Assembly (NCBI GenBank): GCA_964449845.1
Contig: CAYVES010000003.1
Coordinates: 1-50,743 of the forward strand
DNA length: 50,743 nucleotides
DNA from: an uncultured Dehalococcoidia bacterium
GTDB taxonomy: Bacteria > Chloroflexota > Dehalococcoidia > SZUA-161
Reading direction: 5' to 3'
The position numbers were made by a program, and so were the translations under genes. Position 1 is the stretch's first letter. Every line of letters begins with the position of its first letter. A model generated the notes under the pieces. The model was not told the DNA's origin. It worked only from the letters and a program-made list of their open reading frames with translations, and made no database searches. Positions 7,792-17,059 of the stretch are shown here, piece after piece.

Positions 7792-9948
7792 TTACACGCT
7801 CTCGATGATCCCGCTCAGGTAGCGATCGACACTATACTTCATTCCTGGGGGGAGGACCACGGTGGTATCCTTGGCTTCGATAATGGCAGGCCCGGGAACG
7901 GTATTTCCTGGGCGTAGGAGGTCTGCATCGAGAATGTTGGTCTCCCTAAAATCGTTGAACTCTTTCCAGTAGACAGGTCGTCTTCCTTTTACGGCCTGCC
8001 CTGGGATTTCCCCTTCCAATGGGAAAACAGGAAGCTCTGGCTTGGGAAGGGGAACAGTGGCAAAAAGGTAGAGATTCTCCACGTTGATACCTGTTATGGG
8101 GATAGCCGCAAGCTCTCCGTATCGGGAGAGGTGGATAGCGGTGAAAGCATCGCAGATCGCTTTCACATCGTCTTCACCGCGAAGGTAGATTCTGGGGGAG
8201 GGTATCCTTATCAGCATCAGGTGATCGCCGTATCGCATATCCAGTTCCAGGGCTAGCGTCACATCTTCCGGGCGAAAGCCTTCGCTCTTGATATCTCGCA
8301 AAGCCAACTCTTTGAGGCTATCGACTACCTGGTTGAAGTCACCGTACTCGGCCAGGTATTGGGGCAGCCTCATGGGTGAGTAAAGGCACACGTGTTTGGA
8401 TGCCTCGTAGCATTGTTTCAGGTCTAAGGTAGCGCCACCCAGGGCACAGAAAACGCTGGCGAAGGGGAAGGTGACTATCTTCGGCGCTTTGAGGTGCCTG
8501 TTGTAATCAACGCAGTGGGTCGCGCCTGCGCCACCATAGGCGAAGAGGACGAACTGATCAGGGGCGAAACCCCGCAAGATTACCTCTTTAAGGATGGTGT
8601 TTCCCATATTTGCATCGACAATGGTGTGGATATGGGCAGCAGCTTCCACCGGTGTCAATCCGAGGGGCTTAGCTATGGTCTCCATAGACTGGATAGCTTT
8701 CTCTTTGGACAGCCGCATCTTGCCGCCAAGAAAGTAGTCCGGGTTAATGTAGCCGAGCACGACATCGGCATCTGTTACTGTGGGCTCAGTCCCACCCAGG
8801 TCGTAGCAAGCAGGGCCGGGATTGGAGCCAGCGCTCTTCGGCCCGACCTCCAGCTTGTTGCCCAGCAGCTCGTTGAGCCACGCAATGGAGCCGCCCCCAG
8901 CGCCGATTGTATTAACCTCCACCATAGAAGTCTCGGTGGCCCAGCGGTCTATCACTGGCCAGTCCTGATAGAAGCGGCAACTGCCGTCCAGGAGCACCCC
9001 GTAGTCAAAGCTGGTCCCGCCCATATCCGTGACCAGCACGTTGGGGAAACCATAGAGCTTGCTTATCCAGCTTGCACCCAGGAGCCCCGCTATTGGACCA
9101 GCGCCGAATGTATCCACAGCCCTTGTTCGCGAGAGCTTGGCCACGCCCCCTACGTTGTTAATAATGCTCAGGGGCTTCTTATAGCCGTAGTCACGAAGCT
9201 CCTCGCCAAGGGCTGAGAGTTGCTCTGTCATCTCCGTGTGAAGGTATGCCGATAGGATGACCACATTTGTTCTGGGGTACTCGTGCCATTTCGGCTGAAC
9301 TTCGCTGGAGAGCAGGATGGGCATATTCCCCAGATAGCGATCAGGATACTCTTCCTGGATAACCTCTCTCACTAGCTGCTCGTGGGCGGGATTAATAAAG
9401 GACCATAATAGGGATACCACAAAGCCTCGGGCGCCCTTATCTACAAGTGACTGAACCTTCTGACGCACATCTTCCTTTTGCAGTGGTATTGCCACGTTCC
9501 CGAAGCAATCGATTCTCTCACGGACGCCGACGGTCATATCAAACGGGATAAGTGGCTCTGGCTTCTGAGCTAGGTACATATAGCGCCGCTCCCGTGGGTG
9601 CAGGCCATCAGCCCACGCTCTCGATCTGCCAATAAGCAGCATGTGCTCCTGACCCGCGGTGGTGATGAGCCCTAGCTTAGGTCCAGTGCGCTGGATGAGG
9701 GTGTTCATGGCTAGGGTTGTCGAGTAGCGAATCACGGATGTCTTCTGCAGCAGGTCGGGCAAAGACATATCGAGTTGTTTTGCAGCGTCTTCCACAGCTC
9801 TTCTGAAGCCTACACTGAGGTTGTATCCTGTAGTTGGCGACTTAGCTCTTGCCATCCGTTTGTCGGAGACTACCAGACAATCAGTGAAAGTACCGCCGAC
9901 GTCTATATCTATGGTTGCTTCCATGAAGGACCTCTGGGCAAATTCCAA
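7792..9948 (-). CDS. hydantoinase A/oxoprolinase-family subunit (HyuA-type, paralogue 2)
   Basis: 718 aa; N-terminal IDIDVGGTFTDC ATPase motif and a second ...VTDMGGTSFD... motif. Confidence 0.88.
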   Translation of the reverse strand: MEFAQRSFMEATIDIDVGGTFTDCLVVSDKRMARAKSPTTGYNLSVGFRRAVEDAAKQLDMSLPDLLQKTSVIRYSTTLAMNTLIQRTGPKLGLITTAGQEHMLLIGRSRAWADGLHPRERRYMYLAQKPEPLIPFDMTVGVRERIDCFGNVAIPLQKEDVRQKVQSLVDKGARGFVVSLLWSFINPAHEQLVREVIQEEYPDRYLGNMPILLSSEVQPKWHEYPRTNVVILSAYLHTEMTEQLSALGEELRDYGYKKPLSIINNVGGVAKLSRTRAVDTFGAGPIAGLLGASWISKLYGFPNVLVTDMGGTSFDYGVLLDGSCRFYQDWPVIDRWATETSMVEVNTIGAGGGSIAWLNELLGNKLEVGPKSAGSNPGPACYDLGGTEPTVTDADVVLGYINPDYFLGGKMRLSKEKAIQSMETIAKPLGLTPVEAAAHIHTIVDANMGNTILKEVILRGFAPDQFVLFAYGGAGATHCVDYNRHLKAPKIVTFPFASVFCALGGATLDLKQCYEASKHVCLYSPMRLPQYLAEYGDFNQVVDSLKELALRDIKSEGFRPEDVTLALELDMRYGDHLMLIRIPSPRIYLRGEDDVKAICDAFTAIHLSRYGELAAIPITGINVENLYLFATVPLPKPELPVFPLEGEIPGQAVKGRRPVYWKEFNDFRETNILDADLLRPGNTVPGPAIIEAKDTTVVLPPGMKYSVDRYLSGIIESV

Positions 9949-9957
9949 ATAGGTAGA

Positions 9958-9996
9958 GTAGCGTCGTGACTCCTGTCACGACGAAGAATTCGTTGC
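9958..9996 (+). repeat. family-A palindromic repeat, copy 1 (26-nt core plus GAATTCGTTGC)
   Basis: GTAGCGTCGTGACTCCTGTCACGACG at 9958-9983. The 9-bp stem is CGTCGTGAC/GTCACGACG with loop TCCT. The same core occurs at 42729, 47107 and, inverted, at 49649. Confidence 0.9.
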
Positions 9997-10019
9997 TGTT
10001 TCTATCCACCCTCACCTAG

Positions 10020-10040
10020 CCTCTCCCTTCAAGGGAGAGG
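10020..10040. repeat. GC hairpin CCTCTCCC-ttcaa-GGGAGAGG
   Basis: Perfect 8-bp stem, related to the CCCCCTCTCCC/GGGAGAGGGGG hairpin at 50228-50252. Confidence 0.8.
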
Positions 10041-10052
10041 AATTTGCTTTGA

Positions 10053-10129
10053 AATTTCGTCATTCAGATTTTGAATTTGTTTAGGATTTCGAGTTTAGGA
10101 TTTCGGATTTAATCATTGCTTAGGATTTC
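10053..10129 (+). repeat. family-B AT-rich repeat module with three spaced TTAGGATTTC copies
   Basis: 10053-10096 closely matches the reverse complement of 14218-14262. TTAGGATTTC occurs at 10081-10090, 10095-10104 and 10120-10129; the last copy overlaps the stop of the gamma-subunit gene. Confidence 0.8.
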
Positions 10130-10476
10130 ATGCTTCGCATCTGGTGCTTTGCTTTTAGGGCATCGATGTCTTGCTCTATATCATGGGTCGGTGGGTGTCC
10201 CGGAGGTAGGTATTCTACCTCGAACATGGTGGCGCAGTTTGGGCAGTAGAACTCCAAAATCCTGCACCACTCAGGGTCTGGGCTACACGTATGGCCAACG
10301 GGGCTTGACTCGGGGCCAATATATGGCTTGTGGATCTCACGGGGGTCTCTATCGTAGACCAGGGTGAAGTGCTTGTAGTTCTCCCTCGCAGCCCCAAGCT
10401 CTTTGCCGCAGTTGTGGCAGTACCACAGCTCTTTGTCCAGGTCGATATCCAGGTATTCCGTGATCCTAACCTTCAT
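10120..10476 (-). CDS. acetone carboxylase gamma-subunit-like zinc-binding protein
   Basis: 118 aa with CHNCGKEL and CPNC Cys pairs and ...YKHFTLVYDRDPREIH..., as in AcxC/ApcC-type small subunits. It overlaps the upstream HyuA gene by 11 nt. Confidence 0.8.
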   Translation of the reverse strand: MKVRITEYLDIDLDKELWYCHNCGKELGAARENYKHFTLVYDRDPREIHKPYIGPESSPVGHTCSPDPEWCRILEFYCPNCATMFEVEYLPPGHPPTHDIEQDIDALKAKHQMRSMKS

Positions 10477-12541
10477 CGCGGCTGACCTCCATTATCCCGT
10501 TGAGATATTTGTCCACGGTATAGCTCCAGTTCGGAGGGACAACATATGTAGTATCGGGGGCCTCAATGATAGCCGGGCCCTCTATCCGATTGCCGCACCC
10601 AAGAAGATCGCGCTCATATATATTGGTGCTGACATAGCCTTCGCCCCAGTATACACCTCTGACGCCCTTTTGTGCCTTTGTGGGGTCGAGCCCTTGATCG
10701 GCGAACACCGGCAGTTGGTAGTGTGGAGTGACACACCTGGCTTTCAGAGTGATTCCCTCTATTATCAGATCTGCGGAATCCGTCCCAGAGCGCGAGGCGT
10801 AGAGTTCACCTAGCTTTCTTGCCTCATCCTTTTGTTCCAGATAAACCAGAGGTGCTTCCATCCAGAGGAATCCCCCTGCCCCACGTATCCCCAGTTCCAG
10901 GGTGAAGGAAAGGCTCTCCGTGGCAAAGCCTTCCCCTCTCATATCTCTCTTGGCACTGGCCATCATGTCCGCGATGGCTTTATTGAACGATTTCCATTCC
11001 GCAGCTAGATATGCCCCGGAAGGAGACTTCAGGGTTATGTGAGCAGGGCGTTCGTATGTGTGCAAGATGTCTATGGTGGACGCGCCGAAGGCGCTCGCTA
11101 CCGCATTGAAGGCGAAGACGATCACCCTGGAGACACCCAGGCGAGAGGCATATCCACAGCAGCGGGTGCCACCGCCGCCACCAAAGGCAAACAGGGTTAG
11201 CTCGTGGGCTTTCAGGCCTTTTCTCTCTATACTCTCTTTGATTTGCCGGGCAACATCATCCTCGCTGGTCTGGATTATCTTCCAGGCTGCTTTTTCTAGG
11301 GAGAGACTGAGGTTGCCAGCGATCAGGTTGTTTATTGCGGCAACCGCTTTATCCTTGACGAGTTTCTTTCTGCCGCCCAGAAAGTAGTCCGGGTCGAGGT
11401 AACCGAGCACCAAGTCGGCATCGGTAATCGTTGGCTCCAGGCCACCGAGGTCGTAAGCCACTGGCCCTGGCAGGGCTCCCGCGCTCTCGGGCCCCACCTG
11501 GACGCTGCTGGAAGCAGCGGCTATCCTCGCTATGGAACCGCCACCACCCGCTGCCGTCCCTAGCGTCACCATGGGCAGTCCAATTTGAATTCCCTCAATA
11601 GCAGGCTCTCTGTCGGGAGCAACCTCCCCTCCGACTCCTACGCCGATGTCCACACTGGTGCCCCCAACATCTACGGAGACGAAACCTTTGACCTTATATA
11701 GCTCGCTTGCTATCTTGCTGCAGCCAATCAGCCCCGCCACCGGCCCCGAATTATATGTGTTTAGCGCTGTTGTCTTGGCCACTCTGGCAGCACCCCCGCT
11801 GGAATGGATCACCAGCAGGGGCTTGCGGTATGCCCGCTCCCGCAAAAGCTCATCAGCGCGGTAGAGGTAGCGCACCATGTCTCGGTGTATATAGGCGTTC
11901 AATGCCGCGGTATTGGTGCGAACATGGTCATCGGGGTGTGCTGTGATGGCGCTGGCAGTGAGCACTGGGACTGAGCCCAGGTAGTGACGAGGGTATTCGC
12001 TATCGATGATCGATTTTGCCTTTTGTTCGTGTAATGGGTTCGCTGCTGAGTTTCGCAGGCTAATTACTATGCCCATGGCCCCCGAGTCCAATAGAAACTC
12101 AACAGCCTGTCGCACGCCTTCCTCATCAAGGGGCTCAAGGATTTCCCCCGAGCCATCGATCTCACCTTTGACCCCTACTCTCATACTGGGCGATACTAAG
12201 CCAGCCAATGCCTTGGCTGCTTCGAGGGCTTCGCTATCATCATGGGGAGCATAAAGCGTATCGGTGGAACCTTCGGTAACGATGAGGCCCAATTTAGGCC
12301 CAATCCTTTGCAGCAGGCAGTTGGTGCCGATGGTGGTGGAATATCTTATGACCCTTGTCTGGGAGAGCAGTTCCTCCACGCTGATGCCAAGTCTATTCGC
12401 CCCTTCCTCTATGCAATTGAGGAAACAAACCGTTAGATCGTGGGGAGTGGTATCTACCTTGACCTGCTCGGTCCTGTCTCCTGCAGTCAGGAAGCCGTCG
12501 GTGAAGGAGCCACCGGTGTCGATGTCTATGGTAAAGTCCAC
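10466..12541 (-). CDS. hydantoinase A/oxoprolinase-family subunit (HyuA-type, paralogue 1)
   Basis: 691 aa; N-terminal IDIDTGGSFTDG and ...SVDVGGTSVD... motifs. It is clearly diverged from the 718-aa paralogue. Confidence 0.85.
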   Translation of the reverse strand: MDFTIDIDTGGSFTDGFLTAGDRTEQVKVDTTPHDLTVCFLNCIEEGANRLGISVEELLSQTRVIRYSTTIGTNCLLQRIGPKLGLIVTEGSTDTLYAPHDDSEALEAAKALAGLVSPSMRVGVKGEIDGSGEILEPLDEEGVRQAVEFLLDSGAMGIVISLRNSAANPLHEQKAKSIIDSEYPRHYLGSVPVLTASAITAHPDDHVRTNTAALNAYIHRDMVRYLYRADELLRERAYRKPLLVIHSSGGAARVAKTTALNTYNSGPVAGLIGCSKIASELYKVKGFVSVDVGGTSVDIGVGVGGEVAPDREPAIEGIQIGLPMVTLGTAAGGGGSIARIAAASSSVQVGPESAGALPGPVAYDLGGLEPTITDADLVLGYLDPDYFLGGRKKLVKDKAVAAINNLIAGNLSLSLEKAAWKIIQTSEDDVARQIKESIERKGLKAHELTLFAFGGGGGTRCCGYASRLGVSRVIVFAFNAVASAFGASTIDILHTYERPAHITLKSPSGAYLAAEWKSFNKAIADMMASAKRDMRGEGFATESLSFTLELGIRGAGGFLWMEAPLVYLEQKDEARKLGELYASRSGTDSADLIIEGITLKARCVTPHYQLPVFADQGLDPTKAQKGVRGVYWGEGYVSTNIYERDLLGCGNRIEGPAIIEAPDTTYVVPPNWSYTVDKYLNGIMEVSRDEG

Positions 12542-12641
12542 AAAAACGCCTCTTAACCGCTTGGGCCTAGCCGAATCGGCTGTTGCAAGTATTCTAGCGT
12601 TAAGCCCGATTGATTGTCAACAAGAAATGCTGTTGACGAGA

Positions 12642-12670
12642 TTGACCCTTGAGTCTATTGGGGATATAAT
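12642..12670 (+). promoter_or_regulatory. sigma70-like promoter upstream of purF
   Basis: TTGACC (12642-12647), 17-nt spacer, TATAAT (12665-12670), about 40 nt before the purF start. Confidence 0.45.
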
Positions 12671-12709
12671 CAACTTGGGAAGGCCCGGCGAAACGAACGA
12701 CCTCTTGGG

Positions 12710-14122
12710 GTGAAGGGAGCTAGGTTGCGCGAGTCTTGCGGTATCTTCGGTGTATATGCCCCAGGGGACGAAGTAGCTCGCCTTGCTTTTTTTGGTATCT
12801 ATGCCTTACAGCACCGTGGGCAGGAGAGTTCGGGCATAGCCACTGCCGATGGGACCCGAATTCGATTGCACGCAGCTATGGGGCTTGTAGCCCAGGTGTT
12901 CAATGAGGCGACTTTGGATCAACTCCGAGGCAGCATCGCCATCGGGCACAATCGGTATTCCACAACAGGGTCAAGCCGCATGTTCAACGCGCAGCCGATA
13001 GTGGTGTCCGGCCCTTCAGGGGACATGGCGCTGGCGCACAATGGCAACATCGTCAATGCTGAGTACCTGCGTAAGGAGCTGGAGGAGAGGGGTTATACCT
13101 TTTCCACCTCTTCAGACTCTGAGGTCATCGCTCATCTCCTCGTTTCCTCTCCGGGCAAGGGCCTAATCCAGAAGATAGAGCATGCTATGAGCAGGCTCCA
13201 GGGTGCGTATAGCCTGGTGATTATGACCCGGGATAAACTGCTTGGGGTTCGTGATCCTATGGGGGTGCGCCCCCTTTGTCTGGGGTCTCTTGACGGAGGC
13301 TGGGTTCTGGCGTCGGAGAGCTGTGCCCTGGACCACCTTGGGGCGCAGTTTCTGCGCGAGGTCGATCCTGGAGAGGTGGTTCTCGTTGATGAGGCTGGGG
13401 TTCATAGCTTCAGGGCAGGGAAAGCGAGGAAAAAGGCTCTCTGTATATTTGAGTTTATCTACTTTGCCCGCCCCGATAGCGTGATCGGCGGTCGCCGCCT
13501 CTACCCGGCGCGCCAAGCTATGGGGATGCAGTTGGCTCAGGAGCATCCGGTTGATGCCGACTTGGTCATAGGCATTCCCGACTCGGCTACCGCAGCGGGT
13601 ATCGGCTACTCCTTCGCTTCCGGCATCCCGTTTTCTGAGGGTCTGCTCAAGAACCGCTATGTGGGGCGTACCTTCATTGAGCCGGAGCAACGGCTACGAG
13701 ACCTCGGCGTCAAGCTGAAGTTTAACCCCATGCCTGAGGTGCTCTCAGGTAAGCGGGTCGTTGTGGTTGACGACAGTATCGTTCGTGGCACTACTACACC
13801 TCAAGTTATGAACTTACTGCGGAGAGCGGGTGCCAGCGAGGTACATTTGCGTATCTGTGCCCCTCCCATTCGCTATCCCTGCTTTTTTGGTGTTGACATG
13901 GCCACGAGGCAGGAGCTCATTGCTGCCCACAAGACAGTTCCTGAGATTGCCGAGTTCATAGGAGCTGATTCTTTGGGCTATCTTAGCATAGACGGTTTGA
14001 TCCAGGCTGTGGGTCTGCCTAAGGAGAGCTTCTGCCTTGCTTGCTTTACCGGGGAGTATCCGGTGCCCGTTCAGCTCGAGATGGATAAGCTTGCGCTGGA
14101 GACGTTCCCCGACGCAGGCTAG
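12710..14122 (+). CDS. purF: amidophosphoribosyltransferase
   Basis: The propeptide is followed by CGIFGV, the N-terminal nucleophile Cys. PRTase motif VVVVDDSIVRGTT and C-terminal Fe-S-type Cys residues are present. Confidence 0.93.
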   Translation: MKGARLRESCGIFGVYAPGDEVARLAFFGIYALQHRGQESSGIATADGTRIRLHAAMGLVAQVFNEATLDQLRGSIAIGHNRYSTTGSSRMFNAQPIVVSGPSGDMALAHNGNIVNAEYLRKELEERGYTFSTSSDSEVIAHLLVSSPGKGLIQKIEHAMSRLQGAYSLVIMTRDKLLGVRDPMGVRPLCLGSLDGGWVLASESCALDHLGAQFLREVDPGEVVLVDEAGVHSFRAGKARKKALCIFEFIYFARPDSVIGGRRLYPARQAMGMQLAQEHPVDADLVIGIPDSATAAGIGYSFASGIPFSEGLLKNRYVGRTFIEPEQRLRDLGVKLKFNPMPEVLSGKRVVVVDDSIVRGTTTPQVMNLLRRAGASEVHLRICAPPIRYPCFFGVDMATRQELIAAHKTVPEIAEFIGADSLGYLSIDGLIQAVGLPKESFCLACFTGEYPVPVQLEMDKLALETFPDAG

Positions 14123-14160
14123 GCAAGGCCTAATACTAAGAGACCGCTGAAAAAGAGGTG

Positions 14161-14278
14161 CCCCGATAAATCGGGGCCAGGGGTCTGGGTGTCCCCCAGA
14201 AACAAATCCTAATGTCCAAACTCGAAATCCTAAACAAATGCAAAATCTAAATGACCAAAATTCCCCGATTTATCGGGG
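14161..14278. repeat. inverted hairpin pair flanking family-B module copy 2
   Basis: CCCCGATAAATCGGGG (14161-14176) and its exact reverse complement CCCCGATTTATCGGGG (14263-14278) bracket the AT-rich module 14218-14262. Confidence 0.85.
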
Positions 14279-14283
14279 CGGCA

Positions 14284-14340
14284 TTTGAATTTGGAACATT
14301 TGATATTGTTTAGAGTTTAGGGATTAGTATTTAGAGTTTC
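14284..14340 (+). repeat. family-B related AT-rich module, copy 3
   Basis: TTTGAATTTGG...GTTTAGAGTTTAGGGATTAGTATTTAGAGTTTCC. It shares TTTGAATTTG with 10070-10082 and 49696-49708. Confidence 0.6.
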
Positions 14341-14397
14341 CTGATGGGGATTGATTGACACTATTGCAGCAATCTCATTAGAGAAAGAGAGACTTCA

Positions 14398-15429
14398 GTG
14401 GGACGGGAGAGTAAGAAAACCCAGGGGACTGCCTACGCTGCATCTGGTGTGGACATAGATGCTGCCAGCAGGACGGTGGAGCTTATCAAGGGAAAGGCCC
14501 GTGCCACTTTCCGCCCCGAGGTTCTGATGGATATCGGGGCTTTTGCCGGGCTGTTTCAGCTTTCTGGTTACAAAGAGCCGGTCCTCGTCTCTAGCGTTGA
14601 TGGGGTCGGGACCAAGGTCAAGATCGCTATTGCCCTCGACCGGCACGACACCATCGGCATTGACCTGGTCAATCATTGTGTAAACGACGTTTACACCTGT
14701 GGAGCCGAGCCCATCTTCTTTCTTGATTATATAGCCACGGGGAAGCTTGTCCCTGAGCAGGTGGAGAGCGTGGTCAGCGGATTGTCTCGCGCCTGTGGCG
14801 ATGCAGGCTGTGCCCTCATCGGCGGTGAGACTGCGGAGATGCCCGGTCTCTACGCTCCAGGTGATTATGACCTGGTGGGGTTTATAGTGGGTGTGGTGGA
14901 GAGGGGAAATATCCTCGACGGCAGCTCGATTGAAGTCGGTGACGCTATCTTAGGGCTGCCTTCGAGTGGGCTGCATACTAACGGATACTCGTTGGTGCGC
15001 AAAACGTTCAACGTTGAACGTTCAACGTTAAGTACATTCTACCCTGAGCTTGGCCGTACTTTGGGAGAGGAGCTACTCGAGCCTCACCGTTGCTATTATC
15101 CCAAGCTGAAATGGCTATTGCCCAAGATTAAGGGTATGGCACATATCACTGGCGGCGGACTCATTGATAACCCGCCTCGGATTCTGCCCCATGGGCTGGC
15201 TGCCCGAATCGAAGCCGGGTCGTGGTCCATCCCCCCGATTTTCCCCCTGATTCAGGAGCGGGGCAAGATCGACGAGCGAGAGATGTATCGTGTATTCAAT
15301 ATGGGGGTCGGGATGGTCCTTGTCTGCTCGCCGGGGCACGTTGATGAAATTGTCGCTTCTGCTCCGGAGGCCAGGCTCATAGGTGAGGTGGTGGAGGGGC
15401 GGGGGAAGGAACGGGTGATTGTCTCTTAG
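14398..15429 (+). CDS. purM: phosphoribosylformylglycinamidine cyclo-ligase (AIR synthetase)
   Basis: 343 aa, GTG start; YAASGVDIDA..., DGVGTK and GGETAEMPG motifs. Confidence 0.93.
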   Translation: MGRESKKTQGTAYAASGVDIDAASRTVELIKGKARATFRPEVLMDIGAFAGLFQLSGYKEPVLVSSVDGVGTKVKIAIALDRHDTIGIDLVNHCVNDVYTCGAEPIFFLDYIATGKLVPEQVESVVSGLSRACGDAGCALIGGETAEMPGLYAPGDYDLVGFIVGVVERGNILDGSSIEVGDAILGLPSSGLHTNGYSLVRKTFNVERSTLSTFYPELGRTLGEELLEPHRCYYPKLKWLLPKIKGMAHITGGGLIDNPPRILPHGLAARIEAGSWSIPPIFPLIQERGKIDEREMYRVFNMGVGMVLVCSPGHVDEIVASAPEARLIGEVVEGRGKERVIVS

Positions 15430-15514
15430 GATTGCCCGGTATGTAGGGCTGTTTCCTTTATCTCGGGCAACCTGCCCAGCCAGCTCAGTCGAGAAAACAT
15501 GATAGGAGAGGTTT

Positions 15515-17056
15515 ATGCGTGCTATCTTAAGTGTCTCCGATAAAACGGGTTTGGTCGATTTCGCCCGTGGTCTCGAAGAACTTGGTTTCGAGTTATTCAG
15601 CACCGGGGGTACCAAGAAAGCGCTTGCAGAGGCGGGAGTGTCGGTGCGGAGCGTTAGCGAGTTGACTGGTTTCCCCGAGATCCTGGATGGTCGAGTGAAG
15701 ACACTGCATCCCGCAGTGCATGGCGGAATCCTGGCCAGGAGAAATCTCACTGCACATATCGCTGAGCTTGAGCAAAACAAGATGGGGCTTATCGACCTGG
15801 TGGCGGTGAATCTCTATCCCTTTAGAGAGACCGTGGCTAGGCCGGGAGTGAGTTTAGATGAGGCGTTGGAGAATATCGATATCGGCGGTCCTACCATGAT
15901 TCGCGCTGCGGCCAAGAACTTCCCTGATGTGTTGGTGGTGGTTGATCGTGCAGATTATGAATTGGTGCTGGAGCAACTTCACCGTGGTGAGGTGCGGGGG
16001 GAGGAGCGAAGGAAACTGGCACAGAAGGCTTTCCAGCATGTTGCCGCCTATGATACAGCTATCGCTCAATACCTTCGTCGGGGTGAGGAGGGATTTGGCG
16101 ATGAGGTGACTATCGCGCTCAGGAAGAGATATGATCTGAGGTATGGCGAGAACCCTCATCAAGAGGCTGCTTTCTATGCGGAGGAGGTGGCGGCTGGGTC
16201 AGTTAGTGGCATAAGCTCAGCGAAACAACTCTGGGGCAAGGAGCTTTCCTTCAATAACATCCTTGATTCCGATGCTGCCTGGAGCGCGGCCACCGATTTT
16301 GAGGCTCCCACGGTATCTGTCATCAAGCATACCAACCCCTGTGGGTTGGCTTCGCATCAGAATCTTGCCGAGGCCTACAGACGTGCCTTCTCAGGAGATA
16401 CCGTGTCAGCCTTTGGTGGAATAGTTGCGCTGAACAGGCCGGTGGACTTTGCTACCGCTCAGGAGATCGCCAACACTTTCTACGAGGTGATCATAGCTCC
16501 TGATTACGAAGAGAAGGCGCTCGACCTGCTCAAGCAGAAGCGAGACCTCCGTATCCTAGCCATGGGTTCGCAGGCTGGTTCTGGCAAAGAGGCTCTATCT
16601 ACATGGGACTTCCGTCGAGTTGGTGGTGGCTTTCTCGTTCAGACGTCAGATTTCCTGCCTGAGGGCGGTCTGAGCTTGCGTACCGTGACCGAGCGCGAGC
16701 CTACCGAGGAAGAGTTAAAGGACCTGCTATTTGCCTGGAAGGCAGTTAAACACGTCAAGTCAAATGCTATTGTGTTCGTGAAGGACTCCACGATCTTGGG
16801 TATGGGGGCAGGTCAGCCAAACAGGGTGACAAGCGTGAAAATCGCCCTGGAGAAGGCTGGCGAGCGCAGTCAGGGGAGTGTAGTTGGTTCTGACGCTTTC
16901 TTCCCCTTCCCCGATGGGGTTGAGCTGGCGGCCAAAGGTGGTGCTACTGCCATCATCCAACCCGGTGGCTCGGTCAGGGATGAAGAGGTCATAGCGACTG
17001 CGAATAAATACAATGTCGTTATGGTCTTCACCGGCGTCCGACATTTCAGACATTAG
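15515..17056 (+). CDS. purH: bifunctional AICAR transformylase/IMP cyclohydrolase
   Basis: [33 protein letters not shown]..., 513 aa, ends ...FTGVRHFRH. Confidence 0.95.
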   Translation: MRAILSVSDKTGLVDFARGLEELGFELFSTGGTKKALAEAGVSVRSVSELTGFPEILDGRVKTLHPAVHGGILARRNLTAHIAELEQNKMGLIDLVAVNLYPFRETVARPGVSLDEALENIDIGGPTMIRAAAKNFPDVLVVVDRADYELVLEQLHRGEVRGEERRKLAQKAFQHVAAYDTAIAQYLRRGEEGFGDEVTIALRKRYDLRYGENPHQEAAFYAEEVAAGSVSGISSAKQLWGKELSFNNILDSDAAWSAATDFEAPTVSVIKHTNPCGLASHQNLAEAYRRAFSGDTVSAFGGIVALNRPVDFATAQEIANTFYEVIIAPDYEEKALDLLKQKRDLRILAMGSQAGSGKEALSTWDFRRVGGGFLVQTSDFLPEGGLSLRTVTEREPTEEELKDLLFAWKAVKHVKSNAIVFVKDSTILGMGAGQPNRVTSVKIALEKAGERSQGSVVGSDAFFPFPDGVELAAKGGATAIIQPGGSVRDEEVIATANKYNVVMVFTGVRHFRH

Positions 17057-17059
17057 GAT

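Noticed and set aside
10081-10129. Spaced TTAGGATTTC copies considered as a possible mini CRISPR array.
   Set aside because: There are only three 10-nt copies with irregular 14- and 25-nt spacing. There are no cas genes, and the block is part of a dispersed repeat family also seen at 14218 and 49696.
15430-15514. ZTP or purine riboswitch upstream of purH, purM or purF (also 12542-12709 and 14123-14397).
   Set aside because: I could not find the conserved ZTP pseudoknot strands or the purine-riboswitch three-way-junction consensus. The spacers are explained by promoters or repeat modules. This was not verified with covariance models.
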